This document shows positions 37,737 through 47,770 of a stretch of 64,000 nucleotides of DNA, piece after piece. The notes under the pieces were generated by a model. The model was not told the DNA's origin, searched no databases, and was given only the letters and a program-made list of their open reading frames with translations. Position numbers and translations under genes: made by a program. The stretch's first letter is position 1; each line of letters starts with the position of its first letter. The DNA lies in IMG/VR virus record IMGVR_UViG_3300028586_000750; one strand, written 5' to 3'. Source of the stretch: a virus.

Positions 37737-38198
37737 TTAACGGAACATGGGAAGAACTTCAGTGTCAATTACATTCCATGCCTTAACGCCACCATTGTAG
37801 GTGGTGTGCTCAACACAAACAGGGTCACCCCAGTTGTCGCACTCCATTTCGGGGCAGTTCTCAACATAGTTGGGAGACTCACCAATGAAGTACAGGAACT
37901 TGTCTAGCGTAAAAATCTCATCCACAGCCTTAGTGAAACGTGAGAAGTTATGGCTACCATAGCTTTCCCCAGCAACTACGTCACCGTTGGGAAGCTTTAC
38001 GACACTGAGAACCATATCGCTCTCAGCGCTTACGTTAACGTCAGCCCATGAAACAACTCCTTCAATGGGCCACTCATCTACCTCAATTGTGACGGAACAG
38101 TTAGTCCAGTCACGCAGCAGGTCATTAATCTTATCCGTGTTCACGGTTTCCTCTTTCTCTCTTGCACCAGTATATACAGTTACTTTGATGAATGTCAA
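37737..38198 (-). CDS. Hypothetical protein
   Basis: 153-aa ORF. Confidence 0.6.
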   Translation of the reverse strand: MTFIKVTVYTGAREKEETVNTDKINDLLRDWTNCSVTIEVDEWPIEGVVSWADVNVSAESDMVLSVVKLPNGDVVAGESYGSHNFSRFTKAVDEIFTLDKFLYFIGESPNYVENCPEMECDNWGDPVCVEHTTYNGGVKAWNVIDTEVLPMFR

Positions 38199-38330
38199 CA
38201 GAAAAACAAAAAGGCGAAGACTAATAATTTAGTCTTCGCCTTTTTGGTAGATGCATCTTAATCTATTTCTAGATGAAAAGAACAATTATTCAACAGATAA
38301 TGGAACACAACCTTTTAGAACTTGGAATTT

Positions 38331-38402
38331 CTAAAACCCAGAGAGTCGAACTCTGACATTTAACGTTTTTACGATGGACGCTCTGTATCTAGCTATTGTT
38401 CA
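38331..38402 (-). pseudogene. Decayed tRNA remnant
   Basis: T arm CAGAG-TTCGACT-CTCTG and D-like arm; acceptor does not pair. Confidence 0.4.
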
Positions 38403-38547
38403 ACCGCGAGCGCCCTTATTAGCTTTTCAAGGCTAACAAGTTTGGTGGAGCAACTCGCATATTTATACTGTAACACACTCTTCTGACATTTGCAACAGCA
38501 TAGTTAAAGCCCCACCAGTTAATTCTGGTGGGGCTTTAACTATGCTG

Positions 38548-39612
38548 TTAATCTCCGGTATCAATTGAGCCTGTGATACGGAAGTTATCCGATTTAAACT
38601 GTTTGCCTTTCTTCTTACTAAGAATGACATTATCAAACCCACGTGTATAGCTGCGGTAATTTGCATAATGAGTGAAGTGGTAAACAGTTTTACCGCTTTC
38701 TGTAAGAAGTTTCCCTGGCTGGCTACCGTAACTAGTACCAGTTGGTGGCGTATAAGCAACAATTTTTTCTACACCGTTGTCTGTTTCAACCCAAGCGTTA
38801 TTAATTTTACCTGAGCTATCAACGCTTAGTTGTTCCTTTTTAACACGTGTTGTTTCAACTTCGGTACCAGTGGTAGGAATTTTTGCTTGATGCCATTTAG
38901 TTGCACGGTCTAGACGCTCTTGCGCTTTAGTAACTGTGTCATCTGCATAATGGGCTTCTGCACGAGATAAACCACGTTCTGCATAAACCTTATTTGTAAT
39001 TCTATCTTTCTCTGCAATAAGACCTTGGTATTGTGCGTTTGCTTTCAAACCATGTTTGTACTCTTGTAAAGCTTCTTGATATTCTGTTGCTGTTGCAGCT
39101 TTTTCAATTGCACGTTCAGTTTTTGCTTTGATATCAGGGTCTAGTTTGTCTCTTGAACGTTTGATTGGTGCTAAGTTATTTGGGTCATTACGTTCAATAT
39201 CTTCTACCATCCATCCTGCTCGCGCTGGGTGAACACCTTCTGCGATGTAAAGTTTTTTCAGTTCAGCTAAAACTTCTGCTTTGCTTTCTTCACCAGCCGC
39301 AATACTGTTTTGTAGTTCAAAGCGTCTTGGGATATTGTTTTCCTCTATATATGCAAGGGTACGTTGACCAATTTCTCTTTGAGCTTTTTCTTGGGCATCT
39401 TTCTTTGCTAATGCTTGCGCCATATTTTCACGCGCATCTTGCAAATATTTTGGGATGCTTCTGTTGTCTACAGGTACACGTGGGTCATTAGCTTGTGCTT
39501 TTTGATCGTATTCTGTTTGGGAAATGTGTCCTGCTGCGCCATAGCGGCAAGCACGTTTGTTTGCGTCACAAGGTGCGTATTTCTTGTTCTTATTAATGTG
39601 ATACTTAGCCAT
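38548..39612 (-). CDS. Hypothetical protein with N-terminal YHIN..CDANKRACRYG..H motif
   Basis: 354-aa ORF. Confidence 0.75.
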   Translation of the reverse strand: MAKYHINKNKKYAPCDANKRACRYGAAGHISQTEYDQKAQANDPRVPVDNRSIPKYLQDARENMAQALAKKDAQEKAQREIGQRTLAYIEENNIPRRFELQNSIAAGEESKAEVLAELKKLYIAEGVHPARAGWMVEDIERNDPNNLAPIKRSRDKLDPDIKAKTERAIEKAATATEYQEALQEYKHGLKANAQYQGLIAEKDRITNKVYAERGLSRAEAHYADDTVTKAQERLDRATKWHQAKIPTTGTEVETTRVKKEQLSVDSSGKINNAWVETDNGVEKIVAYTPPTGTSYGSQPGKLLTESGKTVYHFTHYANYRSYTRGFDNVILSKKKGKQFKSDNFRITGSIDTGD

Positions 39613-39707
39613 GTTTTATATCTAACGTTTATGAGCAATCTTTTTTCGCTAAAAGTGTTGACGTTTTGTTTTTAGGTGTGCTACTATATAAGTGTTGGTG
39701 AAAGACA

Positions 39708-40055
39708 TTGTTTCTCAGTTCTGAATGTTATTTGAAAACTAGAGAAAAAGGAGAAATAATGGATATCAACACAGTTGTAAAGAAGAATGGCCTCGTTGGG
39801 GTCTTTGGTTATATGCTAGGCGATTACGATTGGTCAGAAATTGGCGTGTACTTTTCTTCGGAAAAGAACCGTTACTTCTGGTACACTGATAGTGGTTGCT
39901 CTTGCACTTACTTTGGAGACAACGTAGGAAGCATGAGTGAATTCTGTGACGGCGACAAGTTCGCTGCGTCACGAGCAATTTACGATTTTGTCAAGAGTGA
40001 AGAAGGCGAAAGCGGAGCTTCGGTTCAGGCTGCTAAGTTCCTCATGGACAACTAA
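39708..40055 (+). CDS. Hypothetical phage-type protein
   Basis: YDWS and DSGCSC motifs; probable start MDINT. Confidence 0.65.
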   Translation: MFLSSECYLKTREKGEIMDINTVVKKNGLVGVFGYMLGDYDWSEIGVYFSSEKNRYFWYTDSGCSCTYFGDNVGSMSEFCDGDKFAASRAIYDFVKSEEGESGASVQAAKFLMDN

Positions 40056-40185
40056 ACATGTGTGGGTTGGTTAGACGTAAGTTTCACCAACCCACACATT
40101 TTGTAATGTCAGTGGTAAATGGTATAGTTCTTATATACCAACTTTGATCTAGTGGAAAGACCACTGAGTTAAAGAAAGAACAGTT

Positions 40186-40497
40186 GTGATTTACAGTAAC
40201 CGTATCCTTGAAAAGGGACTTGTGAAGCTTCCTATGCTTTCAGATAATTTCGCGTGGGAAATTAAGCACACTACCTTAGGTGATGCCTGGCTTACTGTTG
40301 TAGGGTTTGATGGTCATGTAACTGATTACATGCGTCCCCTTCCAATGCCTTCTACTTTTGATGACGTTTATCAGCGCCGTGTTGTTGAGAACATGGCTTG
40401 CAGTATCAAGTATGAAATGCTTGAACGTGATATTATGAGTGTTAGCCCTGTTGAGGATGATGTTCGTCTAGCCTCTGTCACTAAACTTTTTGGCTAA
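40186..40497 (+). CDS. Hypothetical protein
   Basis: 103-aa ORF. Confidence 0.55.
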   Translation: MIYSNRILEKGLVKLPMLSDNFAWEIKHTTLGDAWLTVVGFDGHVTDYMRPLPMPSTFDDVYQRRVVENMACSIKYEMLERDIMSVSPVEDDVRLASVTKLFG

Positions 40498-40715
40498 ATT
40501 TTTTCTGATTTCCCTGAAAATCCCTGTCTTTTAGGCAGGGATTTTTGTCTTTGTAGAAGTCCACAAAGTTTCTTGAAGTTTTCTGTAGCTAACATAAAAA
40601 GCCCTGGTCAGATGCACTATTTAAGTTAAAATAAATAGGGAAAAGAATAGACATTTACCTAGGTCTATGATAGACTAGTTATACAACAACGAAACAACAA
40701 CAAAAGGAAACGATC

Positions 40716-40886
40716 ATGGATAAAAGGAATGTCTTCGCGGCAATCTTAAGCTCAACCGGCGCACTTGTACTTGCGGCTACAGTAAGTTTTGGAGTAGCAA
40801 GTGCAGCAAATGCGGCAACTACAGAAGTAGGAACCGGAACTGAGATCATTAGCGTTAGCGGTGCTAGCGGTATCCTTGCAGAATAG
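40716..40886 (+). CDS. 56-aa secreted micropeptide precursor (not in ORF track)
   Basis: MDKRNVFAAILSSTGALVLAATVSFGVASAANA-ATTEVGTGTEIISVSGASGILAE*; AAGGA RBS, own promoter and terminator. Confidence 0.7.
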   Translation: MDKRNVFAAILSSTGALVLAATVSFGVASAANAATTEVGTGTEIISVSGASGILAE

Positions 40887-41196
40887 CAAAGATAAAAAAG
40901 CGAAGTGCCTCACATCTTACAACAATGTGAGGCACTTCGCTTTTTACGTACCAACTAGAAAATTGGTGCTAGAAAAACTACAGACAAATCAGGTGGACCA
41001 GAAATATTTTCACCCTCAGACTCAAAATCTATATCAACACTTGTAGATGATAACTCTGGCGTTTTAATACGACTTGCAACTAACAGCAATCTCTTCTGCT
41101 CTTGCTCATCAAGAAACAACCTGGCTTTATCATAGCCAGACAAAAATTTACTCATACAACTTATCCAATGTTCCCTAAATAAGACTACCCTATGTA

Positions 41197-42093
41197 TTGA
41201 AAAAAGATTATAAATATGCTAGGATTAAAGGGACAGATGAAAATGGAGTAATAAAAATGATCCAAAGCGGTACAGGTATCAGCAGGGCCTCACAAATTCT
41301 TGCTGAACTAGAAGCCAAACGTCGTGGCCCAATTGACGCAATTATTGAAAAGCAACGTCTTGCTGTGCGTGAAGACCTTCTAAAAGGTATTGATGATGAC
41401 CATGACGAATACCTTGAAAAGGGTAACAAAATTGTCAAGCGCATTGAAACCGCTGAAAAAGAACTAGATAAGGTTCGCAGCGAAGTTCAAGCTTTTGCAA
41501 CTAAAGCTAAAGACGAGCTTCTTTCTACCAAAAAGCAGATTGACGATGCAGTACAAACTGTTAACACAGAAATCAGCCGTCTTGTTGACCGAGCAAACCG
41601 TCTTCGTGAACTTAATGACAACGAAGAAGAAGACTACAAGAAGCAAGTAGAGCGTGAAGAATTCCGCGATAGGCTTACTACTCGACGTGATGAACTCAAA
41701 GAAGAAATTCGTAACATTACGCAACAAATGAAAGACCTACGTGTTGCTTCTGGTAACAAGTCCATGCCTAAAGAAGTGGAAGCTCGCGCTGTAGCCGTAT
41801 ACAAAGAGTACAAAGCTAACGAAGACGCCCTAGAGCGCCTATCAAGTGTCTCCGGTAAGAACCACGGAGCCATTATCGCTATGCTTGACCAGCGTATCGC
41901 AGAAATGCGTGATGCTCACTCTATGAGTGTTGCTTCCTCACAAGATGCAGCAGATAAACTCAGTACGTTACTTCAAGAAAAAGCTGAGTTTGAAATCAAA
42001 ATCGCTAAACAGCGCGACGAGCTTTACGATGCTGCTCTTACCGAAATTGTTGCACGTGGACTTACAGAATTTTTTGAAGTCAAAAGCGAATAA
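41197..42093 (+). CDS. Coiled-coil protein
   Basis: Charged heptad-rich sequence. Confidence 0.7.
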   Translation: MKKDYKYARIKGTDENGVIKMIQSGTGISRASQILAELEAKRRGPIDAIIEKQRLAVREDLLKGIDDDHDEYLEKGNKIVKRIETAEKELDKVRSEVQAFATKAKDELLSTKKQIDDAVQTVNTEISRLVDRANRLRELNDNEEEDYKKQVEREEFRDRLTTRRDELKEEIRNITQQMKDLRVASGNKSMPKEVEARAVAVYKEYKANEDALERLSSVSGKNHGAIIAMLDQRIAEMRDAHSMSVASSQDAADKLSTLLQEKAEFEIKIAKQRDELYDAALTEIVARGLTEFFEVKSE

Positions 42094-42288
42094 CTAAAGT
42101 TTACCAAAGCTAACGCTGGGATACCTTTTCATCTGTCAATGAAGGTATCCCAGCGTTATTTGTATGCCCAGTAAACAAAGGACTAACAGGTAATATATTA
42201 CCTATGAATATTTAACGTAAAACCCTGGTAAAATACGAAAATAGGCTAGACTATATTTAGGGCAAACAGCCTTTCGTTAGGGAAAAAT

Positions 42289-42867
42289 ATGGAAAAAATA
42301 ACCAGCGCTTATGCTATCAACTTGCGCAATATTACTGGTACCAGAACTCTTTTATCTAACTTATCTACAAGTTTAGATACCCCTATTAACGATAGTACAG
42401 ATCCCCACGAAGTTCTTCGCTACTTTCAAGAAAAACCGTTAACTTTGCTTATTAAAGCTAACGATGAACAAGCTGCTTTAGTGGGTTTCTCCAAAAACAT
42501 GTATAAGGCCCCAGAGCATTGGGTTACCACAACTCTTGTCTTCACAAAGTTCCGTGGTTCTGAGCTTAATAAAGAACTTAAAAGAGGTATAGCAGAAATA
42601 TGTGACCTTAACGAAATTCCATTAGGCGCTATTGTACGTGACTGGAACTTGCGTTCTTATAATGCTATGCGTAAAGCGTTCCCTTACACTGAACCACAAG
42701 TTATTCCTTTGAAACCTAAAGACAACAGACCTAATAGTGACAGTGGATGGTTCTTTGATTTAAGAACAGCCGTTTTTGAAGCACCAACTGTCAAAGTGCG
42801 AAAATTGGATACATACATCAACGAATGGTGGAGTTACCAAGCCCAAAATGAACTAGAGCTTGTGTAA
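42289..42867 (+). CDS. Hypothetical protein
   Basis: 192-aa ORF. Confidence 0.65.
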   Translation: MEKITSAYAINLRNITGTRTLLSNLSTSLDTPINDSTDPHEVLRYFQEKPLTLLIKANDEQAALVGFSKNMYKAPEHWVTTTLVFTKFRGSELNKELKRGIAEICDLNEIPLGAIVRDWNLRSYNAMRKAFPYTEPQVIPLKPKDNRPNSDSGWFFDLRTAVFEAPTVKVRKLDTYINEWWSYQAQNELELV

Positions 42868-42892
42868 AGACATAAACTGCACACAATGAACT

Positions 42893-43531
42893 TTGTCTTC
42901 CGATATCAAAAACATGAATACATCAAGACAAGGTTTTACGCCTTCAAATTATTTAGAGCGCATCAAACCTCCACTTATTTCATTTGGTCTAATTATGATT
43001 GGCGTCGTTCTAGCTGTGCTAGGTGGGGTTTTCATTATCTTGCGTGATACTGTAGAACTCGGCATTCTGCCTACGGTCACATTGTTCTTAGGTTCAGCTT
43101 TAATTTTAGCCAGCGCAGGTTACCTAATTGGACGTTACATCCGTAGAAGTGAAGCTAAACGTGAAGATGAAAACAATTTCCAAAAATGGGTTGTTGAAAA
43201 TTATAACGTCACATTAAGCAAAGAACAAAAAGACCAACTATATAACTACGGTTCAACAGTAGTAGAAGGTAAACGTTACATCCTTAATCATGATTTAGAT
43301 GAAGATGGTAATGACAAAGTTTACTTGTTCACAGAAGCAGAAATTCAAGAGCGAGTTGAAACAGGTTTAATTCAAACCCTTAACAGTGTTCCAGAAGGTT
43401 TTTACCCTGAGAATGAGGATGACGAAGAACTTATTGAACAAGCAAGAAAAGCTGAACAAGCTGAACTTAATGACACTAATGTAATTCAAGCCCCACCAGT
43501 CATTAAAGCTGCTCAACCAGTTAAAGAATAA
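42893..43531 (+). CDS. Two-TM membrane protein
   Basis: Two hydrophobic helices followed by an acidic tail. Confidence 0.7.
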   Translation: MSSDIKNMNTSRQGFTPSNYLERIKPPLISFGLIMIGVVLAVLGGVFIILRDTVELGILPTVTLFLGSALILASAGYLIGRYIRRSEAKREDENNFQKWVVENYNVTLSKEQKDQLYNYGSTVVEGKRYILNHDLDEDGNDKVYLFTEAEIQERVETGLIQTLNSVPEGFYPENEDDEELIEQARKAEQAELNDTNVIQAPPVIKAAQPVKE

Positions 43532-43951
43532 TACTTACAAAATACAGCGAACCTTCAAGTTCAGCTTGAAACTTATGGTAGACTTATACCAGTTAAGCCA
43601 AGAGGAACGAACCTTTTGTTTGTTGTATGTTGTTGAAAATCGTTCCCTTGATTTAACAAATGCCCCTAACAGTACAGAACTGTTAGGGGCATTTAATTTT
43701 GTTTGATATGATTTGATAATAAAAGTATGAGTGTAAAGAAATACCTTACACTGCCGCATGGAAGTTGCAGATGTATATGTATGAATGAGAGATACTGCAC
43801 TTCCCAGTGTAAGGTATTTCGGAATTAATATCGGTTCCTCCGCTGATTTTATTTAAGAAACTTTTTCCTCTCCATTTAAACACTCCTCCTCCATAAAAAG
43901 AGGGTCAGTTGGAAATTCCTCCTCTTCCAACTGACCCTCTTTTTTGTTGCC

Positions 43952-44575
43952 TTAAACTATATCTCCAACTTTTTCAAGATAGCAAACGCCACATAGCGAT
44001 TCATATTCGGCTTCTTGCCCATCAATAGCTACAGCAGCACCTTCATTAACAAAGACCCCATTAATCTTTCTTCCATTAAAAGTTGCTTTACGTCCACAAC
44101 GACAAATAGTTTTTAACTCTTCCAACGAATGAGCTAATTCAAGTAAACGAGCAGAACCAGTGAACGCGTTAGTTTTAAAGTCTGCTCTAATACCGTAAGC
44201 AAGAACAGGTACGTTTTCTTTGACAGCAATTAAGAAAGCTTGGTTAACTTGCTCGCGTGTTAAAAACTGTGCCTCATCAATGAGAACACAATCAACGTAG
44301 CCGTGCTCTGTTACATAGTTACGGAACTTAACATGTAAATCATCATCAGCTAATAATGGCAAATCAACAGCGCGTTGAATTCCTAAACGAGACAAAACAT
44401 TTTTATGTTTAGTATCAATAGAGGGTTTGACGACAATGACTTTTTGCCCTCTTTCCTCATAGTTATATGCAACTTGGATCAACGCGGTACTTTTCCCCGA
44501 GTTCATGCTGCTATATCTAAAATATAACTTAGACAAGCTTCTTACTCCTTCGGAAAAGACCTTTCTTTTCAACAA
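43952..44575 (-). CDS. tdk: Thymidine kinase
   Basis: YFRYSSMNSGKST, DEAQFL, YGIRADF, CRCGRKA, YESLCGVC; true start likely MSKLYF. Confidence 0.95.
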   Translation of the reverse strand: MLKRKVFSEGVRSLSKLYFRYSSMNSGKSTALIQVAYNYEERGQKVIVVKPSIDTKHKNVLSRLGIQRAVDLPLLADDDLHVKFRNYVTEHGYVDCVLIDEAQFLTREQVNQAFLIAVKENVPVLAYGIRADFKTNAFTGSARLLELAHSLEELKTICRCGRKATFNGRKINGVFVNEGAAVAIDGQEAEYESLCGVCYLEKVGDIV

Positions 44576-44984
44576 CTACATTTTCTGCTTCTTTTTCGTT
44601 AGCTTCACGAATGTTTTCTAGATTTTCTTCCCAAAGTCGTCTTGTTTCCTCATCCACTTTGGAAGCGTTGCGGCGAACATTTTCTGTTGAAACATAATGC
44701 TCTTCAACTCTAGCTGGGGCTTTAGCGTTCTGCAACATTGGTACATCAGAAAGGCTGTTTGTGCTGTCTACTTCGTCTTTGTAATCAAAATCTTCTTGAC
44801 CACTAAAAGAGGAAGAATTCTTTTGAGAAACAACCCAAGCAACACCAGCAGCGATGGTACCAATACCAGCGGCAACACCAAATAATACGTTTTTGTTTGA
44901 CATACCAAAAGTATAGTACAAAACACAAAATAATCTCTGTTTTTGGATATAGTTATGGCCTACCAGAATTAACTGGTAGGCCAT
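44529..44984 (-). CDS. Membrane-anchored hypothetical protein
   Basis: Probable start MSNKNV followed by a TM helix. Confidence 0.6.
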   Translation of the reverse strand: MAYQLILVGHNYIQKQRLFCVLYYTFGMSNKNVLFGVAAGIGTIAAGVAWVVSQKNSSSFSGQEDFDYKDEVDSTNSLSDVPMLQNAKAPARVEEHYVSTENVRRNASKVDEETRRLWEENLENIREANEKEAENVVVEKKGLFRRSKKLV

Positions 44985-44995
44985 AAGGTATTAGG

Positions 44996-45481
44996 TTAGC
45001 TCCAAACGGAAGAGACTAATTCTTTTTTCTCAACAGGCTTCAAACTGTCCATATCCCACATGTCACCATGTGAAGTGTATGTTCCACTTAGGCGATAATT
45101 TTTGCCTTCAATTTCAAAGACAAGCCAGGATGACTTAGATGAGTTTAAAGCGTTTTTGTCTCGTTCAACAAAAGTGAAAACCCTGTTGCGGAATTCAATT
45201 TTGTCTCCTGTGATATATAGTTCCCTAGGGAACTTTTGTAGCCCTTCGTGACTTCCTGCCGACCTGCTTAGACCACTGTAATCAAGGACAAGATTTTTTA
45301 CGTCCTCATCAGTAAGTTCTGGCATAACATCAGGATAGATGATTACTTCGTTGATACTATCGCGGCTTTTGATAGTACGAGAAATGAAGTTAAGAGCAGA
45401 TTTTTCATCTTCAAAATCGTGCGACCTTACCCCTTCACCTTCCCATGAAAAGGTGGACGTTACAACGGTTACTTTAGCCAT
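44996..45481 (-). CDS. Hypothetical protein
   Basis: 161-aa ORF. Confidence 0.65.
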   Translation of the reverse strand: MAKVTVVTSTFSWEGEGVRSHDFEDEKSALNFISRTIKSRDSINEVIIYPDVMPELTDEDVKNLVLDYSGLSRSAGSHEGLQKFPRELYITGDKIEFRNRVFTFVERDKNALNSSKSSWLVFEIEGKNYRLSGTYTSHGDMWDMDSLKPVEKKELVSSVWS

Positions 45482-45586
45482 TAATTAATTCGACTCCTCA
45501 GTCGTCAGTCTTTATAGCATATCAGATTTAGGAGGTAAAAGTCAAGTATTTATCGCTTTTACCCTAAGTCAGAAACTTTTATTTCT

Positions 45587-46090
45587 GTGATGTTGCTTTT
45601 CTTGTGTAGGTGTCGTATGATTGAGACATACCGAACATCCCCAATTGAAAGAGTAATCATGTTCACCGAGTACGACCGCACCCTTAACATCCTGACGCTG
45701 ACTGATGCTGACGTTATTGCTGATTGGCGTAACGGTCTTCTTCGTAACACTGCACTTGTTGTGACCACTCAGGGTCACGCAGAAGGTATTCGTCTTGGCA
45801 CGTTCGGTTCGTTCGCTGGTTACGTTGACGGTTCCCTTGCAGAGCACTTCTACAAGGGCATGCGCAACCCTCAGTACATTCGTGGTACTGGCAAGTGTGA
45901 GCTTGCTAGCGTCACCGACCTTGTTGAGGACACTGATGAGCGTTGGGAGTTCGACAGCTTCGGTCCTGGTAACACGTACACAGATGACATGGTTTCAGCT
46001 CAGGTCACCTGTGAGCATGGTGTTACTGGCCGTATGGTCTTCACTACCAGCATTGGTGAACTCATTGGTACGATTGTTAACGCTTCGTAA
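45587..46090 (+). CDS. Hypothetical protein
   Basis: Probable start MFTEYD; GC-richer codons. Confidence 0.65.
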   Translation: MMLLFLCRCRMIETYRTSPIERVIMFTEYDRTLNILTLTDADVIADWRNGLLRNTALVVTTQGHAEGIRLGTFGSFAGYVDGSLAEHFYKGMRNPQYIRGTGKCELASVTDLVEDTDERWEFDSFGPGNTYTDDMVSAQVTCEHGVTGRMVFTTSIGELIGTIVNAS

Positions 46091-46184
46091 CTGATAGCTA
46101 AAAGGGCAAGCATCTAAATGGTGCTTGCCCTTTTAGCGTTTAGCAGATATACTAATTATATAGCCCTGTATAAAGACAGAAAGA

Positions 46185-46748
46185 GTGCACATGAGTAAGA
46201 ACATTGTTATCACCGGAATGCCTGGTTCCGGTAAAGGAACACAAGCTACACTGCTAGCTTCACGTCTAGGTATTCCTCACATTTCAACTGGTGATATTTT
46301 CCGTGACGAAATGAAGCGTCAAACCCCTCTTGGTATTTCTATTACCGAAAGCATGAATGCCGGTAAGTACACGAGCGACGAGATTACTAACGCTGTAGTT
46401 AAAAACCGTCTTGCTCAGCCTGACGCAGCGGACGGGTATATCCTTGATGGTTACCCTCGCACAGTGAACCAGGTTGCGTTCCTAGATGAAATTGGTGTTG
46501 ACATTACTCATGTCATTGACCTTCACATTGACCCTGACCTTGCTCTCAGCCGTCTGCTAGGTCGTGCTCTAGAACAAGCGCGTGGTGATGACACTGAAAG
46601 TGTAATCCGTGGTCGCATTGATACATACTTTAAGACAGTTGTTCCTGTGCTTGATATTTATAAAAGCCGTGGTCTAGCTGAGCAAGTGTCTGCTGTTGGT
46701 AAAATTGCTGACATTAACGAAGAACTATATACCCTCCTAACTAAGTAA
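46185..46748 (+). CDS. adk: Adenylate kinase (short, LID-less)
   Basis: GMPGSGKGTQ, HISTGDIFR, LDGYPRT, GDD. Confidence 0.93.
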   Translation: MHMSKNIVITGMPGSGKGTQATLLASRLGIPHISTGDIFRDEMKRQTPLGISITESMNAGKYTSDEITNAVVKNRLAQPDAADGYILDGYPRTVNQVAFLDEIGVDITHVIDLHIDPDLALSRLLGRALEQARGDDTESVIRGRIDTYFKTVVPVLDIYKSRGLAEQVSAVGKIADINEELYTLLTK

Positions 46749-46764
46749 CCGCAGAAAGAAAATA

Positions 46765-47046
46765 ATGCTTAATTTTAAAGAAATCCTTAAAGCTAAAGGC
46801 TTTACCCCTAGCGATAATGAACTTTTTGCTAACACCCGTTGGGTTAAAGTTTCTGAAACAAATGACATTATGTTCCATGTTTTCATTGAAGGCAAAAATG
46901 GTGACCACGGAGTTAACTACTTCACAACCACCAAACTTAATGGTCTTCCTCAGGAAGCAGATGACCTTACCGGTTCATTTGGAAAAGGTCCAGTTGAATT
47001 CTTTGAAGCAGTCCTAGACGCAGGTATCGCTATCCTTAACAAATAA
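46765..47046 (+). CDS. Hypothetical protein
   Basis: Downstream of adk, before a hairpin. Confidence 0.6.
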   Translation: MLNFKEILKAKGFTPSDNELFANTRWVKVSETNDIMFHVFIEGKNGDHGVNYFTTTKLNGLPQEADDLTGSFGKGPVEFFEAVLDAGIAILNK

Positions 47047-47100
47047 TACAAATAAGTAAAGCCCCACCAGTTAGCTGGTGGGGCTTTACTTATTACCTCT

Positions 47101-47523
47101 TCAAGCGTTGATACCAAACTTAGTTAGGCGTCGTCGTACTTCATCAATTTTCTTATTAGCAATGATGATGTTAGGCGTAGGGCGAGGGGCGCGACGGAGA
47201 GCATCCCCAAATGAGCGACGAATGCTTTTATCTTCCGCTACAGCAGTTTCAATGCCTGCCTTGAAAATCTGTGGAAAATAAATTTCTGCAAAAAGGTTAA
47301 GTTCCTTCTTATCACGAAGCACTGCCACAAGGTCAGTACCTTCAAGATAAGGCTTGTCAGTGACAAAATGAGTAATGTTATGCTCTTTGAGCTTAGCAAC
47401 CGCAGCTACTACAAGAGAATGGTCAGCAGCAGAGAAATGCACACGACGTTTAAGTGGCCACTTCACCGCTGTTCCGAAGGTTGAACCGTTTGCTACTTCA
47501 ATTACACGAAGCATGTTTGTCAT
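47101..47523 (-). CDS. Hypothetical protein
   Basis: 140-aa ORF. Confidence 0.6.
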   Translation of the reverse strand: MTNMLRVIEVANGSTFGTAVKWPLKRRVHFSAADHSLVVAAVAKLKEHNITHFVTDKPYLEGTDLVAVLRDKKELNLFAEIYFPQIFKAGIETAVAEDKSIRRSFGDALRRAPRPTPNIIIANKKIDEVRRRLTKFGINA

Positions 47524-47770
47524 TTCTATCTCCTTTCTGATTAACTCTATGATGACATAAGAATACTATAAATGTAAAGCGGAAAAATCGCTTTTTTAGA
47601 AAATTTGGAACTTTAACAAAAGTTATAACAAATTTGGTGCAAATAAATTATTAATCCTCTTAGAGGAACTAATTTCATCTTAATATTACTAACAACATAT
47701 ATGGGATTAAAAAGCAGAGACGGTTGACACCATTTCTAGTGTCAACCGTCTCTGCTTTAACTAATTAAGC

